This document shows, one piece after another, positions 29,523 to 39,356 of a stretch of 64,000 bases of DNA. Made by a program: the position numbers and the translations under genes. A model generated the notes under the pieces. The model saw only the letters and a list, made by a program, of their open reading frames with translations. It was not told the origin of the DNA and ran no database searches. This stretch comes from Calditrichota bacterium (GTDB lineage: Bacteria > Electryoneota > RPQS01). The number at the start of each line of letters is the position of its first letter. Position 1 is the stretch's first letter. The stretch covers positions 1,711,228 to 1,775,227 of the forward strand of contig JACJWA010000001.1 of NCBI GenBank assembly GCA_020637395.1. The letters are read 5' to 3'.

Positions 29523-30497
29523 CTAAAACGTCACGCCCACGGACGCACGGTGGGTCAACCCGAGGTCCTTATGATCTTCCAGCGCCGCATGCACAGCCAA
29601 TCTTCCGAACAGTAGTCCCGCGCCGCCTGTGAAGCGCTCGCCGTTCAGCCCCGCTCGCAACGCGACGGTTCCGGAAATCAAATACTCCGCTCCAAGATGC
29701 GGTTCAACGGAAATCGGTCCTACTTCAATCACTTCGGCCTCACCGCGACTCTCAAAGCGAGTCTCCGCGTCCGCAGCAAGCGTGATTTTCGCGTTCATCG
29801 CGTTCAGCGGAGCTGACCAACTTCCGCCCAGCACGAGGCTCGGCACAATGGACTCGGTGCGGCCCGTGGACCAGGCCATAGTGGACGTTGTTACGTCATG
29901 CACTACGGCTCCGAATTGTGCACGCGTTCCCAGCGCACGTTGAAGGCCGATGTCAAATCCAAGTCCAATGGCCGACTCTCCGGCTACTGACTTGGTTAGC
30001 AGTTTCGCCGTTGCCCCGGCATTCCAACCACGCCCTACGCTTTTGCCGCCGGACGCCATTGCCGCGATTTCGTGATCGCCGGTCTGACCATCCACCACCA
30101 CTCGATTTGCATCCGACAGCGGTTGGGACGGATCCTCCAGCGCCGTCAACGGAATATCTGTCACACGTGAGTACAATAGCGTGACGGAACCCGCGAGGCC
30201 GTTCTCCATCGGAGTCGCAAACGAGAGATAATCGTAGGTGAAGAGATTATCAAACTGCGACGCGTGCATGAACTCAATCGAATGCCGAGAGAGTCCGGAC
30301 AACCCCGCCGGATTATAGTATCCTGCAGTAGCAGGTGAAGGAGAAGCCGTTGAAGCTCCACCCATTCCGAGGGCGCGCGCTCCCGCGCCAAGGTCCAAGA
30401 ACTCTCCTGCATAGCGACCAACGACCCACTCCGCTCCCGCCGAATGGGTTAACAATATGATGGCCGCAAGCAGACTTCCGAAGCGCATGATCAGCAT
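29523..30497 (-). CDS. PorV/PorQ-family-like outer-membrane beta-barrel (paralog 2)
   Basis: Signal peptide, then GARALGMGGASTA...YYNPAGL. SD sequence AGGAG lies upstream. Confidence 0.75.
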   Translation of the reverse strand: MLIMRFGSLLAAIILLTHSAGAEWVVGRYAGEFLDLGAGARALGMGGASTASPSPATAGYYNPAGLSGLSRHSIEFMHASQFDNLFTYDYLSFATPMENGLAGSVTLLYSRVTDIPLTALEDPSQPLSDANRVVVDGQTGDHEIAAMASGGKSVGRGWNAGATAKLLTKSVAGESAIGLGFDIGLQRALGTRAQFGAVVHDVTTSTMAWSTGRTESIVPSLVLGGSWSAPLNAMNAKITLAADAETRFESRGEAEVIEVGPISVEPHLGAEYLISGTVALRAGLNGERFTGGAGLLFGRLAVHAALEDHKDLGLTHRASVGVTF

Positions 30498-30701
30498 GCC
30501 TTGCTCCTATCCTTGCATCTCAAGTCAATAGATGTGCTGCAACATTGCGCGTGACGATTCAGATACACACTACTTTCGTTCTCGCGCATGCAGTTCCGTA
30601 CAAAGCTGTGATCAAGCGATTGGCGAAGCCGCCGATGAGTTCTCCCATGGATGGTCTATATTCTGTAAAAATAAGGATAAACTGAAGTAGAGTCAAGAAC
30701 T

Positions 30702-33302
30702 TCACACCCTCTTTGCACTCTCATCCTTTTCAATCAACCTCTTGATTTCATATAGTTTATCGAGTGCGTCACGTGGGGTTAAGTCATCCAACTTGAGGCT
30801 TCGGAGGGCATCGGCCACCTTCTGAGTATCGGATTCAAATAGAGTTAGCTGTAACTTCGGTGTGTCCGGAGCCAGCGTTTTGGCGCCTGCTTGAGCGCTC
30901 TCTTCCCAGCGCGGCAGCAGCTCGCGAGCGCGGGCCACGACTGCTTCCGGTAATCCTGCGAGCCGCGCGACTTCGATTCCATACGATCGGTCAGTTTCAC
31001 CTGAAGAAATTCGATGCAGAAAAACCACGCGGTCGCCCCACTCTTCAACTTCCACCCGCGCATTGAAGATTCGAGGATATTGACCCGCCATGCGATTCAG
31101 TTCGTGATAGTGCGTCGCAAACAGCGTCTTTCCGGCCACTTCCGAGTGTTCGTGCAAGTACTCCGTGATTGCCCAAGCCAGAGACAACCCGTCATACGTC
31201 GAGGTCCCGCGGCCCACTTCATCCAGAATGAGCAGCGAGCGCTGCGTAGCATGTCGCAGTATGTTTGACACTTCTGACATTTCGACCAAGAATGTGGACT
31301 CCCCTCCAGCAAGATTGTCCCCGGCTCCGATGCGCGTGAAAATGCGATCCACGGTGCCAATCTCCGCCTGCTCCGCAGGCACGAACGATCCCATCTGTGC
31401 AAGCAAGACAATCAGCGCGTTCTGCCTAAGAAAGGTGGACTTGCCCGACATATTGGGTCCCGTCAGAATCATGATCTGCCGAGTCTCCGTGTCCAAGTTC
31501 AAGTCATTGGCTATGAAGCCGCCGCCCTGCGACACTAGCCGCTCGACCACGGGATGACGGCCACCAACGATGTTTAGTCGTGTGGACTCACTGATCTGCG
31601 GGCGAACGAAGCGCTGCTCACGCGCCACGACCGCAAGCCCCACGAGCACATCCAGCTCGGCCAAAGCACGAGCGATTCTTGTCAACTCCCCGGTTCGGCC
31701 AATCAGCTCGGTGCGGAGAGACTCCCAGATCTCTTCTTCCAAACGGGAGATCTTCTCGTCCGCCGTCAGAATTTTTTCTTCCCAGCTCTTCAGGTCGGGA
31801 GTGACATAGCGCTCCGCGCCGGTCAGGGTCTGCTTGCGGATGTAATCCGCAGGAATGCGATCCTTGTGCGCGTTGGTCACCTCGATGTAGTACCCGAAGA
31901 CCTTGTTGTATCCGATCTTCAGGGAAGGTATCCCGGTGCGGTCACGCTCCTTGATCTGATGTTCCTGCATCCAGGTCCGGGCGCGCGTGCCCAGAGACCT
32001 TAGTTCATCGAGCTCTGCGGAATAGCCCGTGCGTATCGCCTTGCCTTCGCCAAGCATTGCCGGAGGATCTTCAGCCAATATCGCGCGTATCAATCCGCTG
32101 ATCTCACGCGGTTCCTGAAGTTCCGATGCTAACCGATCCAAACAACTGCCCGCGTGTTTGGAAAGCATTTTCTGCAACACAGGGAGTTTCTCCAGAGTGC
32201 GGCAGATGGCCACTGCATCGCGAGGAGATGCGCGGCGCGTCGTGAGACGCGACATCAGCCGCTGCAAATCCGAAGTTTCGCGCAGGTGATCTGACAAGAG
32301 AGTCATGTTCTGCGGATCGCCGAGCAGCGCGTCGAGCGCGTCGTGCCGCAGGTCAATCTCCGTGCGGTCCGTCAGCGGCGCCAGAAGCCATCTGCGCAAG
32401 AGTCGTCCGCCTGCTGCCGTGCGCGTACGATCCACGGCAAAGAGCAGCGTAGCGTCCCGTCTGCCGCTCAACGACTCAACCAACTCCAGATTTCTGCGCG
32501 TCGAATGATCCAAGACCAGTTCCTGGCCAACGCTAAACACACGCAAGTCGGGAAGCAGCTCGACCGGATTCTTGTGCTGAGAGCGCAAGTAGTGCAAGAG
32601 AGCACCTGCCGATCGTACGGCAGGCAACATGCCGCCGAGTCCGTATCCCTTCAAGTTCGCCACATTCAGATGCGAGCGCAGTGCGCGGTCCGCTCCATCT
32701 TCGGCAAACTGCCACTTCGGAACGACGGTCAGGGCACACTCCGTCAAGGACTCCATCAAATCGCGCACTTGTGTTTCGTCATCCGCGGAGACAATCAGCT
32801 CGGCAGGCTCCAATGCGTGAAGCCGTGCCGCAAGCTCCGTTACCGGGAGAATTCCCGTGAAGAACTCTTGTGCCGTCACGTCCGCATACGCCAAGCCGCA
32901 CGATTGCTCTTCAATCAGGACCGCCGCCAAGTAGTTATTGCGAGCGTCGGCAAGTTGTGTGGTCGAAAAAGTCGTACCTGCGGAAACCACTTCCGTCACG
33001 CCGCGCTTGACGATGCCTTTGGCAAGCGTGGGGTCTTCCAATTGATCGCACACCGCAACTCTATATCCGGCGCGCGTCATCTTGCTCAAGTAGTTCTCAA
33101 GCTGATGATGCGGAAATCCGGCCAGCGGAACGTCGCCTTCTTTGCCGTTGTTCCGCTTGGTCAGAGTCAAGCCGAGCACATCCGAAGCCGTGCGCGCGTC
33201 ATCATAGAACAACTCATAAAAGTCACCCATACGGTAAAACAAGATCACGTCCGGATATTGGGACTTGATCTCCGCGTATTGCTTCAGCATGGGTGTGGAC
33301 AT
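30702..33302 (-). CDS. mutS: DNA mismatch repair protein MutS
   Basis: N-terminus TPMLKQYAEIKSQYPDVILFYRMGDFYELF, Walker A GPNMSGKSTFLRQ, and FATHYHEL. Confidence 0.96.
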   Translation of the reverse strand: MSTPMLKQYAEIKSQYPDVILFYRMGDFYELFYDDARTASDVLGLTLTKRNNGKEGDVPLAGFPHHQLENYLSKMTRAGYRVAVCDQLEDPTLAKGIVKRGVTEVVSAGTTFSTTQLADARNNYLAAVLIEEQSCGLAYADVTAQEFFTGILPVTELAARLHALEPAELIVSADDETQVRDLMESLTECALTVVPKWQFAEDGADRALRSHLNVANLKGYGLGGMLPAVRSAGALLHYLRSQHKNPVELLPDLRVFSVGQELVLDHSTRRNLELVESLSGRRDATLLFAVDRTRTAAGGRLLRRWLLAPLTDRTEIDLRHDALDALLGDPQNMTLLSDHLRETSDLQRLMSRLTTRRASPRDAVAICRTLEKLPVLQKMLSKHAGSCLDRLASELQEPREISGLIRAILAEDPPAMLGEGKAIRTGYSAELDELRSLGTRARTWMQEHQIKERDRTGIPSLKIGYNKVFGYYIEVTNAHKDRIPADYIRKQTLTGAERYVTPDLKSWEEKILTADEKISRLEEEIWESLRTELIGRTGELTRIARALAELDVLVGLAVVAREQRFVRPQISESTRLNIVGGRHPVVERLVSQGGGFIANDLNLDTETRQIMILTGPNMSGKSTFLRQNALIVLLAQMGSFVPAEQAEIGTVDRIFTRIGAGDNLAGGESTFLVEMSEVSNILRHATQRSLLILDEVGRGTSTYDGLSLAWAITEYLHEHSEVAGKTLFATHYHELNRMAGQYPRIFNARVEVEEWGDRVVFLHRISSGETDRSYGIEVARLAGLPEAVVARARELLPRWEESAQAGAKTLAPDTPKLQLTLFESDTQKVADALRSLKLDDLTPRDALDKLYEIKRLIEKDESAKRV

Positions 33303-33377
33303 GGGGGTCTGCTCGTCAGGAAGGAAGCGCCGCCCAGTTCGGACGGCGCGGAGGAATCGTGAGACTTGGGGCCGCGA

Positions 33378-34337
33378 CTATGGCTCGGTAACAAGAACCG
33401 CTGGGCAATCGTACTTGGCTTTTATTTTGTCGCCGACGGCACGTCCGCTCTCTTTGGTCGAATAGGAGCCAACACGCACTTGCAACAAGTTATCGCGGGG
33501 TACCAACACCACCTTGTAGCCGTCGGCGCGCAGCCGTGCGGCGAACTTGTGCGCATTGTCGTGATTTCCGAAGGCACCGACTTGAATGAACCATTCTCCG
33601 GAGTCATCAGGCTCAACGTCATGCGGACGCTCAGGTTCCTTCTTCTGCATCACGCGCGGCGCCGGGGGTTTGGTCTGCTTCTCAATTTCAGCCGCAGGCT
33701 CATCGCGCGGCTTGATCAGTTTCTGTTCCTCGGTCAGAGCTGCGGCCTTGATCACTGTGTCGGATTCGGACTTTTCCGGAACCGGCTGACTGTAGTCCAA
33801 GGTGAAACTCTTATCTTCAACAGGCGAGGTGTCAAGTTCGGTTTCGGGCTTGGGCTCTGACTCGACTTTCGATTCGGTCGGCGGCGCAAGTGCCTCTTTG
33901 ACTTCGGGCTGGACACTCTGCGTGACAGGTTCCTGGCCCTTGGTCGTTGAAGCAATCAGCGGGCGCTCCACTTCGTAGGGAGTAGCCGATTCGTCCGACC
34001 ACTGTCCCGGTTCAGCCGAAGGAGTGGACTCCAACACCAGCGCCGAGATGTCAATGCCCATGCTGGCCGCCTGCAACAGGCGCTCTTGCGCAAACACATC
34101 ACAATCCGACCCAGGAAAACGCGCCGATATCTCGCGATACAGAAAACACGCCTCAATCGCATTCGGCTCGCGCAATGCGTCGAGCAGCAGATGATAGCGC
34201 TCGGGCGCATCGGTTTCAGAAATGATCCGCTGCGCTTCCACCATCCGTCCTTCGCGCAGCAAATCCACGGGAGACTTCTTGACCGCCTGCGCAAAACAGG
34301 CAGTAGAAATCAGCACAATGGTCAGCAGCTTATACAT
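33378..34337 (-). CDS. SPOR-domain protein (peptidoglycan-binding, division-associated)
   Basis: C-terminal SPOR fold signature WFIQVGAFGNHDNAHKFAARLRADGY. The start at 34337 (MYKLLTIVLIS, a signal peptide) overlaps the lapB stop by 8 nt. Confidence 0.8.
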   Translation of the reverse strand: MYKLLTIVLISTACFAQAVKKSPVDLLREGRMVEAQRIISETDAPERYHLLLDALREPNAIEACFLYREISARFPGSDCDVFAQERLLQAASMGIDISALVLESTPSAEPGQWSDESATPYEVERPLIASTTKGQEPVTQSVQPEVKEALAPPTESKVESEPKPETELDTSPVEDKSFTLDYSQPVPEKSESDTVIKAAALTEEQKLIKPRDEPAAEIEKQTKPPAPRVMQKKEPERPHDVEPDDSGEWFIQVGAFGNHDNAHKFAARLRADGYKVVLVPRDNLLQVRVGSYSTKESGRAVGDKIKAKYDCPAVLVTEP

Positions 34338-35472
34338 TGAACGAATCCACCTTATGACACTGAGGACACAGCCAGAGTGGGTCGCGCGACACATGTCCGC
34401 AATTGGAGCAGGAATATTCGTAATTTTCCTTCATCACACGGGACAGCACGTCGCGTGACATGCTCAAAACACCATCCACATCATGCACATCATGAAACAG
34501 ACGGATCAACCGACGGCGCAGCCAAAGACTGTCCGGATTACTCTCCAATCCGTCGCGCAAAACGGTGATCGCGCCGCCCGCGTCGCCTTTCTTCCTCAGG
34601 AAGCGCGAGAGTGCCGCATAGGCGTGCACATTCTGCGGGTAGCTCTGAATGACTCCGCGATAAATCTGTTCGATCTCCGAAAATCGTCCCAAATCGAACA
34701 ACTGTGACTCCAGCCGCTCAAAAGCCACATAGCTCTGTGCGGGGTTGACGTCAATCAGTCGCCGCCATATCTTGACTGCATCCTCGGTGCGATTTTCCCG
34801 CACATAAGAATCTCCCCAGTACAGATAGGACGCGGACAGCGCCGTGTCATGTTTGATCGCCTGACGAAACTGAATCCGTCCGTCGCGCTCCTTGCCCGCT
34901 GCACACAGCCGCTGACCTTCGAGGGTCTTGAAAATCGCTAACCGACGACCCGTTGTGGACGGACTCAGACCGTTCAGCTTCTCTGCGGTTTCATAAGCCT
35001 GCTGCCATTGTCCCTGACCTGCCAGCAGTTCGCTCTTCTGCTGAAGTGCCCACAGCTCCTTCTTGGAAATTCCGAGCATTTGATTCACGCATTCCAGGGC
35101 ACGCGCTGAATCGCCTGACCACAAGTAGTCCTCGGTCAATGCGCGATAGACATCGAGCTTCTGACGGTCCGAGAGATCGCCGCGCAAAGTCAGAGCGCGA
35201 TGTATCTTGATCGCACGCGGCATGTCGCCGGACTTCGCGTAAATCTCTCCCAGCCTTAAGTACGCATCCATGTTGTCCGTGTCCGCCGTGACCGTCTCGC
35301 GATACTTTTGGATCGCGCGCGCAGTGTCGCCGTCGAGCTGTGCCCGCAGCGCTTCGGCGTACGGCGTCACGGGTGACACGTTTCTGCGAACCTTGCGGTC
35401 ACGAAAATAAGCCGCTGCTCCGATGCCGCCGCCGACCAAAATGAGCAGAAATAGAAATTCAAAGAAACTCAT
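34330..35472 (-). CDS. lapB: Lipopolysaccharide assembly protein B (TPR plus C-terminal rubredoxin-like metal site)
   Basis: N-terminal TM helix, multiple TPRs, and CSNCGHVSRDPLWLCPQCHK. Confidence 0.85.
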   Translation of the reverse strand: MSFFEFLFLLILVGGGIGAAAYFRDRKVRRNVSPVTPYAEALRAQLDGDTARAIQKYRETVTADTDNMDAYLRLGEIYAKSGDMPRAIKIHRALTLRGDLSDRQKLDVYRALTEDYLWSGDSARALECVNQMLGISKKELWALQQKSELLAGQGQWQQAYETAEKLNGLSPSTTGRRLAIFKTLEGQRLCAAGKERDGRIQFRQAIKHDTALSASYLYWGDSYVRENRTEDAVKIWRRLIDVNPAQSYVAFERLESQLFDLGRFSEIEQIYRGVIQSYPQNVHAYAALSRFLRKKGDAGGAITVLRDGLESNPDSLWLRRRLIRLFHDVHDVDGVLSMSRDVLSRVMKENYEYSCSNCGHVSRDPLWLCPQCHKVDSFNV

Positions 35473-35789
35473 GACGGACTCACTTCCGAACCGGACGACT
35501 CCTCTTCGAGCGCGAAATTCCGAAGACGCTCCAGCTCATTTTGCAGCGCCTGATTGCGGCGCTTCTGCGAGGCTATCTCGCTGCGCAGGCGAATTTGATT
35601 GATGATGGCGACGACAAGACTCGCCGCGTATCCCACCAGAGCCGCGAGAAAGAGCATGAAGGAAAGCGGCAATTCCGGCGATTTCCAGCCAATCAGCTCG
35701 ACATGCACCTTTGGCTCGGAATTCTGCGATAAGAATCCGACCAGAAAGAACACTACAATCAGTATGATCAGCCAGCGAAAAATCCACAT
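35469..35789 (-). CDS. lapA: LapA/YciS-family inner membrane protein (DUF1049)
   Basis: Two TM helices followed by a coiled-coil tail. It overlaps lapB by 4 nt. Confidence 0.8.
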   Translation of the reverse strand: MWIFRWLIILIVVFFLVGFLSQNSEPKVHVELIGWKSPELPLSFMLFLAALVGYAASLVVAIINQIRLRSEIASQKRRNQALQNELERLRNFALEEESSGSEVSPS

Positions 35790-35813
35790 GGGACTGTCTC
35801 CATTGGTTGCGCG

Positions 35814-37205
35814 CTAATTCTCCCGCGCGCCGTGGAATGTAAAACCTGTCAAGGACTCAAGACGCACGGGCACAAGTTCGCCCACGGATTCTCCGTTCTT
35901 CGGCAGAACCACCGGACGAAAATCCGGCGTTCGACCTGCCCACATTGCGCCGTCCTTGGGGGCGAGTCCTTCTATCAACACCGAGGTCTGTCTGCCCAAC
36001 TGTGCTTCGTTGCGCTCACGAGCAATCTTTTGTTGGAGCGAAATCAGGCGCTCCAGACGCGCGACTTTCACGTCTTCCGGAACATCGTCTTTCATTCTCT
36101 GTGCGGCTTTGGTCAAGGGCCGCTCGGAATACTTGAACATGAACGCCGTGTCGTAGCGAACCTGCTCCATCAGCGTAAATGTCTCTTCAAACTCGTCTTC
36201 AGTCTCCGTTGGAAATCCGACGATCACATCGGTGGACAAGGCGATGCCTGGAACCAGTTCGCGCGCCAGGGCAATGATCTCGAGATAGCGCTCCCGCGTG
36301 TACGGACGATTCATTTCGCGCAAGACCCGATTGCTGCCTGCTTGCACGGGAAGATGCAGGTACGGACAAATCTTCTCATGCTCTCCCATCGTCCGCAGCA
36401 ATTTCTCCGAAATGTCCGTCGGATGCGAGGTCATGAAGCGCACACGCGACACAGCGGGAAGCTCTGCGACGGCCAACAGGCAGTCCGCGAAATCTTTGTC
36501 ATCCCAGCGATAGGAATCCACGTTTTGCCCCAAAAGCATCACGTCGCGAACGCCCTGTTCCGTCAAGTGCGTCACTTCGCGAAGAATGCTGGGCAGCGGA
36601 CGGCTGCGCTCACGACCCCGTGTGCGCGGCACGACGCAAAAACTGCAAAACTTGTCACAGCCGCGAATGATCGTCACAAACGCCGTCACTCCGCCGTGGT
36701 GACGCGGAAGCACATCGTCGTAGAGCTCCTCACGCATCAGAGTTGTTTCGAGCAGCCCCGGCGCTCCCGGTGCGGAAATGAATCGCTCTTCAAGCAGGAG
36801 CGGAAGGCGGCGGTATGAATCCGGCCCCACCACCATGTCCACGTAGGCATGCGATTCCAGAATCTCGCGCCGCTTCGCCTGTGCTACGCACCCCAATATC
36901 CCAATCACCATCGCGGGATTGCGCTTCTTCAAAGAAGACAGATTGGCCAACTGACCGAGTGCGCGCACTTCCGCGGTTTCACGAATCATGCACGTGTTCA
37001 CCAGCACGACATCGGCTTCGTCTGCCGTGCCGCAAAACCGGTATCCCGCTTCGCCCAGCATGCTCTCAATCGTCTGCGAGTCCGACACATTCATCTGACA
37101 GCCGTAGGTCTGGATGAACACACGCGGGCCGTTGCCGTTCGCGCAGGCAACAGGTTCGCGCGCGGGTTCGCGCAGGTTGGACGTAAGTGTAATCAGTTCG
37201 TGCAC
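35814..37205 (-). CDS. miaB: tRNA-i6A37 methylthiotransferase
   Basis: YGCQMNVSDS, the radical-SAM motif CDKFCSFCVVP, and a TRAM-type C-terminus. Confidence 0.93.
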   Translation of the reverse strand: MHELITLTSNLREPAREPVACANGNGPRVFIQTYGCQMNVSDSQTIESMLGEAGYRFCGTADEADVVLVNTCMIRETAEVRALGQLANLSSLKKRNPAMVIGILGCVAQAKRREILESHAYVDMVVGPDSYRRLPLLLEERFISAPGAPGLLETTLMREELYDDVLPRHHGGVTAFVTIIRGCDKFCSFCVVPRTRGRERSRPLPSILREVTHLTEQGVRDVMLLGQNVDSYRWDDKDFADCLLAVAELPAVSRVRFMTSHPTDISEKLLRTMGEHEKICPYLHLPVQAGSNRVLREMNRPYTRERYLEIIALARELVPGIALSTDVIVGFPTETEDEFEETFTLMEQVRYDTAFMFKYSERPLTKAAQRMKDDVPEDVKVARLERLISLQQKIARERNEAQLGRQTSVLIEGLAPKDGAMWAGRTPDFRPVVLPKNGESVGELVPVRLESLTGFTFHGAREN

Positions 37206-37207
37206 GG

Positions 37208-37897
37208 TCAGAGCTCTACGGGCAAACTTTCGGTCAACTTGATTTCTTGTTCTGTGACATCGGCTTTCATGGCAATCAGCTTCACACCCGCCTGAAAGGC
37301 GTCGCGAAGCGTCGTGCCGTACACCGGATCTATGCCATCCGCTGGAGAAAAGGACGTTGCGAGATGATGCTGCACCACGTAAACCATGCAGGCTTCGCGG
37401 CCCTCTTGCACAAACTCCATCAGCTCGTGGAGATGCCGGGTTCCGCGCTCGGTGACGCTGTCGGGAAACAAGGCCACGCCATTTTCGACGAGCGTCACGT
37501 TCTTCACTTCCAATAAGGCGTCTTCGTCGCCCAGCATAAAATCAATTCGCGATCCGCTGGGCAGCTTGAACTCACGTCGAAAGGTGTCGTACTGCTCGAG
37601 CCCGGGCAGCGCTTTCTGTTCGAGTGCTTCGGCTACAATCTGATTCGGCATATGCGTGTTGATCCCGACCCACTTGCCTGCGATCTCCACAAGTTCCCAT
37701 GTGTAGGGAATCTTGCGCGTCGGGGCATCGGATTGGCTGATCAGCACCCGCGCACCGACGATGCAGACGCCTTTCATGCTGCCCGTATTCGGAGTGACCG
37801 CTGTAATCTCGCGGCCATCTTCCAAAAGCACGTCGGCAAAAAATCTCTTGTAGCGGCGCAGCAGTGTCCCGCGCAGCAGCGGCTCGGGAAGCTTCAC
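37208..37897 (-). CDS. sfsA: SfsA-family nuclease / sugar fermentation stimulation protein
   Basis: LLRRYKRFFADV...PNTGSMKG. Confidence 0.88.
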   Translation of the reverse strand: MKLPEPLLRGTLLRRYKRFFADVLLEDGREITAVTPNTGSMKGVCIVGARVLISQSDAPTRKIPYTWELVEIAGKWVGINTHMPNQIVAEALEQKALPGLEQYDTFRREFKLPSGSRIDFMLGDEDALLEVKNVTLVENGVALFPDSVTERGTRHLHELMEFVQEGREACMVYVVQHHLATSFSPADGIDPVYGTTLRDAFQAGVKLIAMKADVTEQEIKLTESLPVEL

Positions 37898-37901
37898 GCG
37901 C

Positions 37902-39275
37902 TCAGTTTCCGGACGAGTCAGGTGACCCTGCTTGAGCCTTCACTACGTTCAGCAAGTGAGCGGCAAGGTCGCTCTGAGCAAGTGTCACTTGCTCTTGCGT
38001 GCGCAGGTTCTTCAGAGAGACTTCGCCGCGCTCGCGCTCATCCGGGCCGGCAATCACGACAAACGGAATCTGCTGCTGGTCCGCATAGGAAAACTGCTTC
38101 TTCATGCGGTCGTTGTCATACCAAATTTCCGCTCGAAGTCCTGCCCGCCGAAGTTCCGCCGCCAGTTCCAGAGACTTGCCGACTCCCGCGTCATCAAAGC
38201 GCGCAACCAACACCTGAGTTTCCGACGGTTCGCTCTTGAAGCGCTCAAGCTGCGTCAATGCGGTTTGAATTCTGTCCAAACCAATCGTGGTTCCGGTCGC
38301 GGGGACATTCTGTTTCGAAAACGTGGCCACCAGTCCGTCGTAGCGTCCGCCGCCGGTCAAAGAGCCAAGATGCGGAAGCTCTTCCGAAACCGTCTCAAAG
38401 ATCGGTCCGGTATAGTAATCCAATCCACGCGCCAGAGTAGCATCAAAAGACAGTTTTCCCTGGGGCACTCCTAAGTCGCGCGCCGCGTGATACACAGTTT
38501 CGATCTCGTTCAGACCGACTTCCGCCGCACCGTTACCAGCGACGAGCTTGCGCGCACCTGCAAAGTCCGGCTCCGTTCCGCCCGAGGCCATGAGTTCGGT
38601 CACGCGGGCGCGCGCATCCTTCGCTGGAATGTTGTTCTTCCCGAATTCCTGCTCGACTCCATCCCAGCCAATCTTATCCAGCTTGTCCAGACAGCGGCAG
38701 AAATCAAAGAAGTGCGTCTCATTGCCTGTGACAAGTTCCGACAATCCCGCCAGAAACTTGCGCGAGGAAAGTCGGATTCGATACTTCTCAAACTTCAACG
38801 CCGTCAATACCTCGCTCGTCAGCGCGACAATCTCTGCATCCGCCAACGGAGAGTCCGTTCCCAGAATATCCGCGTCGCACTGCACAAACTCGCGATAGCG
38901 CCCTTGACGGGGCTGCGGACGGTCCGCGCGCCACACCGGTTGAATCTGATAGCGCTTAAACGGCCTGGGAAGTTCGGCATATTGAGCCACCACGCGCGCC
39001 AGCGGCACGGTCAGATCGTAGCGCAATGCAATCGCGCTCTCCGCACTGTCTTCGGCATCGCCCCGCGCGCGCCGAATCTCGTAGATCAGCTTGTCATTTT
39101 CTTCGGACTTCCCGGTCAGGATCTCAAGGTACTCAATCGCCGGAGTTTCCAACGGCTGAAAACCGTAGCGGCGGTAGGCCTCTTCGATGATGGAGACAAT
39201 ACGCCGACGGGGAATCAGCTCAGACGGGAGGAAGTCCCGGGTCCCGCGAAATGTGCGAGGCTCAATGCGGCTCAA
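37902..39275 (-). CDS. hisS: Histidine--tRNA ligase
   Basis: FRGTRDFLP, QPVWRADRPQPRQGRYREF, and GGGRYDGL. Start is TTG. Confidence 0.95.
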   Translation of the reverse strand: MSRIEPRTFRGTRDFLPSELIPRRRIVSIIEEAYRRYGFQPLETPAIEYLEILTGKSEENDKLIYEIRRARGDAEDSAESAIALRYDLTVPLARVVAQYAELPRPFKRYQIQPVWRADRPQPRQGRYREFVQCDADILGTDSPLADAEIVALTSEVLTALKFEKYRIRLSSRKFLAGLSELVTGNETHFFDFCRCLDKLDKIGWDGVEQEFGKNNIPAKDARARVTELMASGGTEPDFAGARKLVAGNGAAEVGLNEIETVYHAARDLGVPQGKLSFDATLARGLDYYTGPIFETVSEELPHLGSLTGGGRYDGLVATFSKQNVPATGTTIGLDRIQTALTQLERFKSEPSETQVLVARFDDAGVGKSLELAAELRRAGLRAEIWYDNDRMKKQFSYADQQQIPFVVIAGPDERERGEVSLKNLRTQEQVTLAQSDLAAHLLNVVKAQAGSPDSSGN

Positions 39276-39296
39276 AATGTAAGACTATGTAATTTA

Positions 39297-39324
39297 GAAA
39301 CAAAAAGCCCCAAATCGCGGGGCT
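39297..39324 (-). terminator. Rho-independent terminator downstream of the sigma54-activator locus
   Basis: The minus strand reads AGCCCC-GCGATTT-GGGGCT followed by TTTTGTTTC. Confidence 0.7.
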
Positions 39325-39356
39325 GGACGTCTAGCGTGGAGTCGAATCAAGTGACT

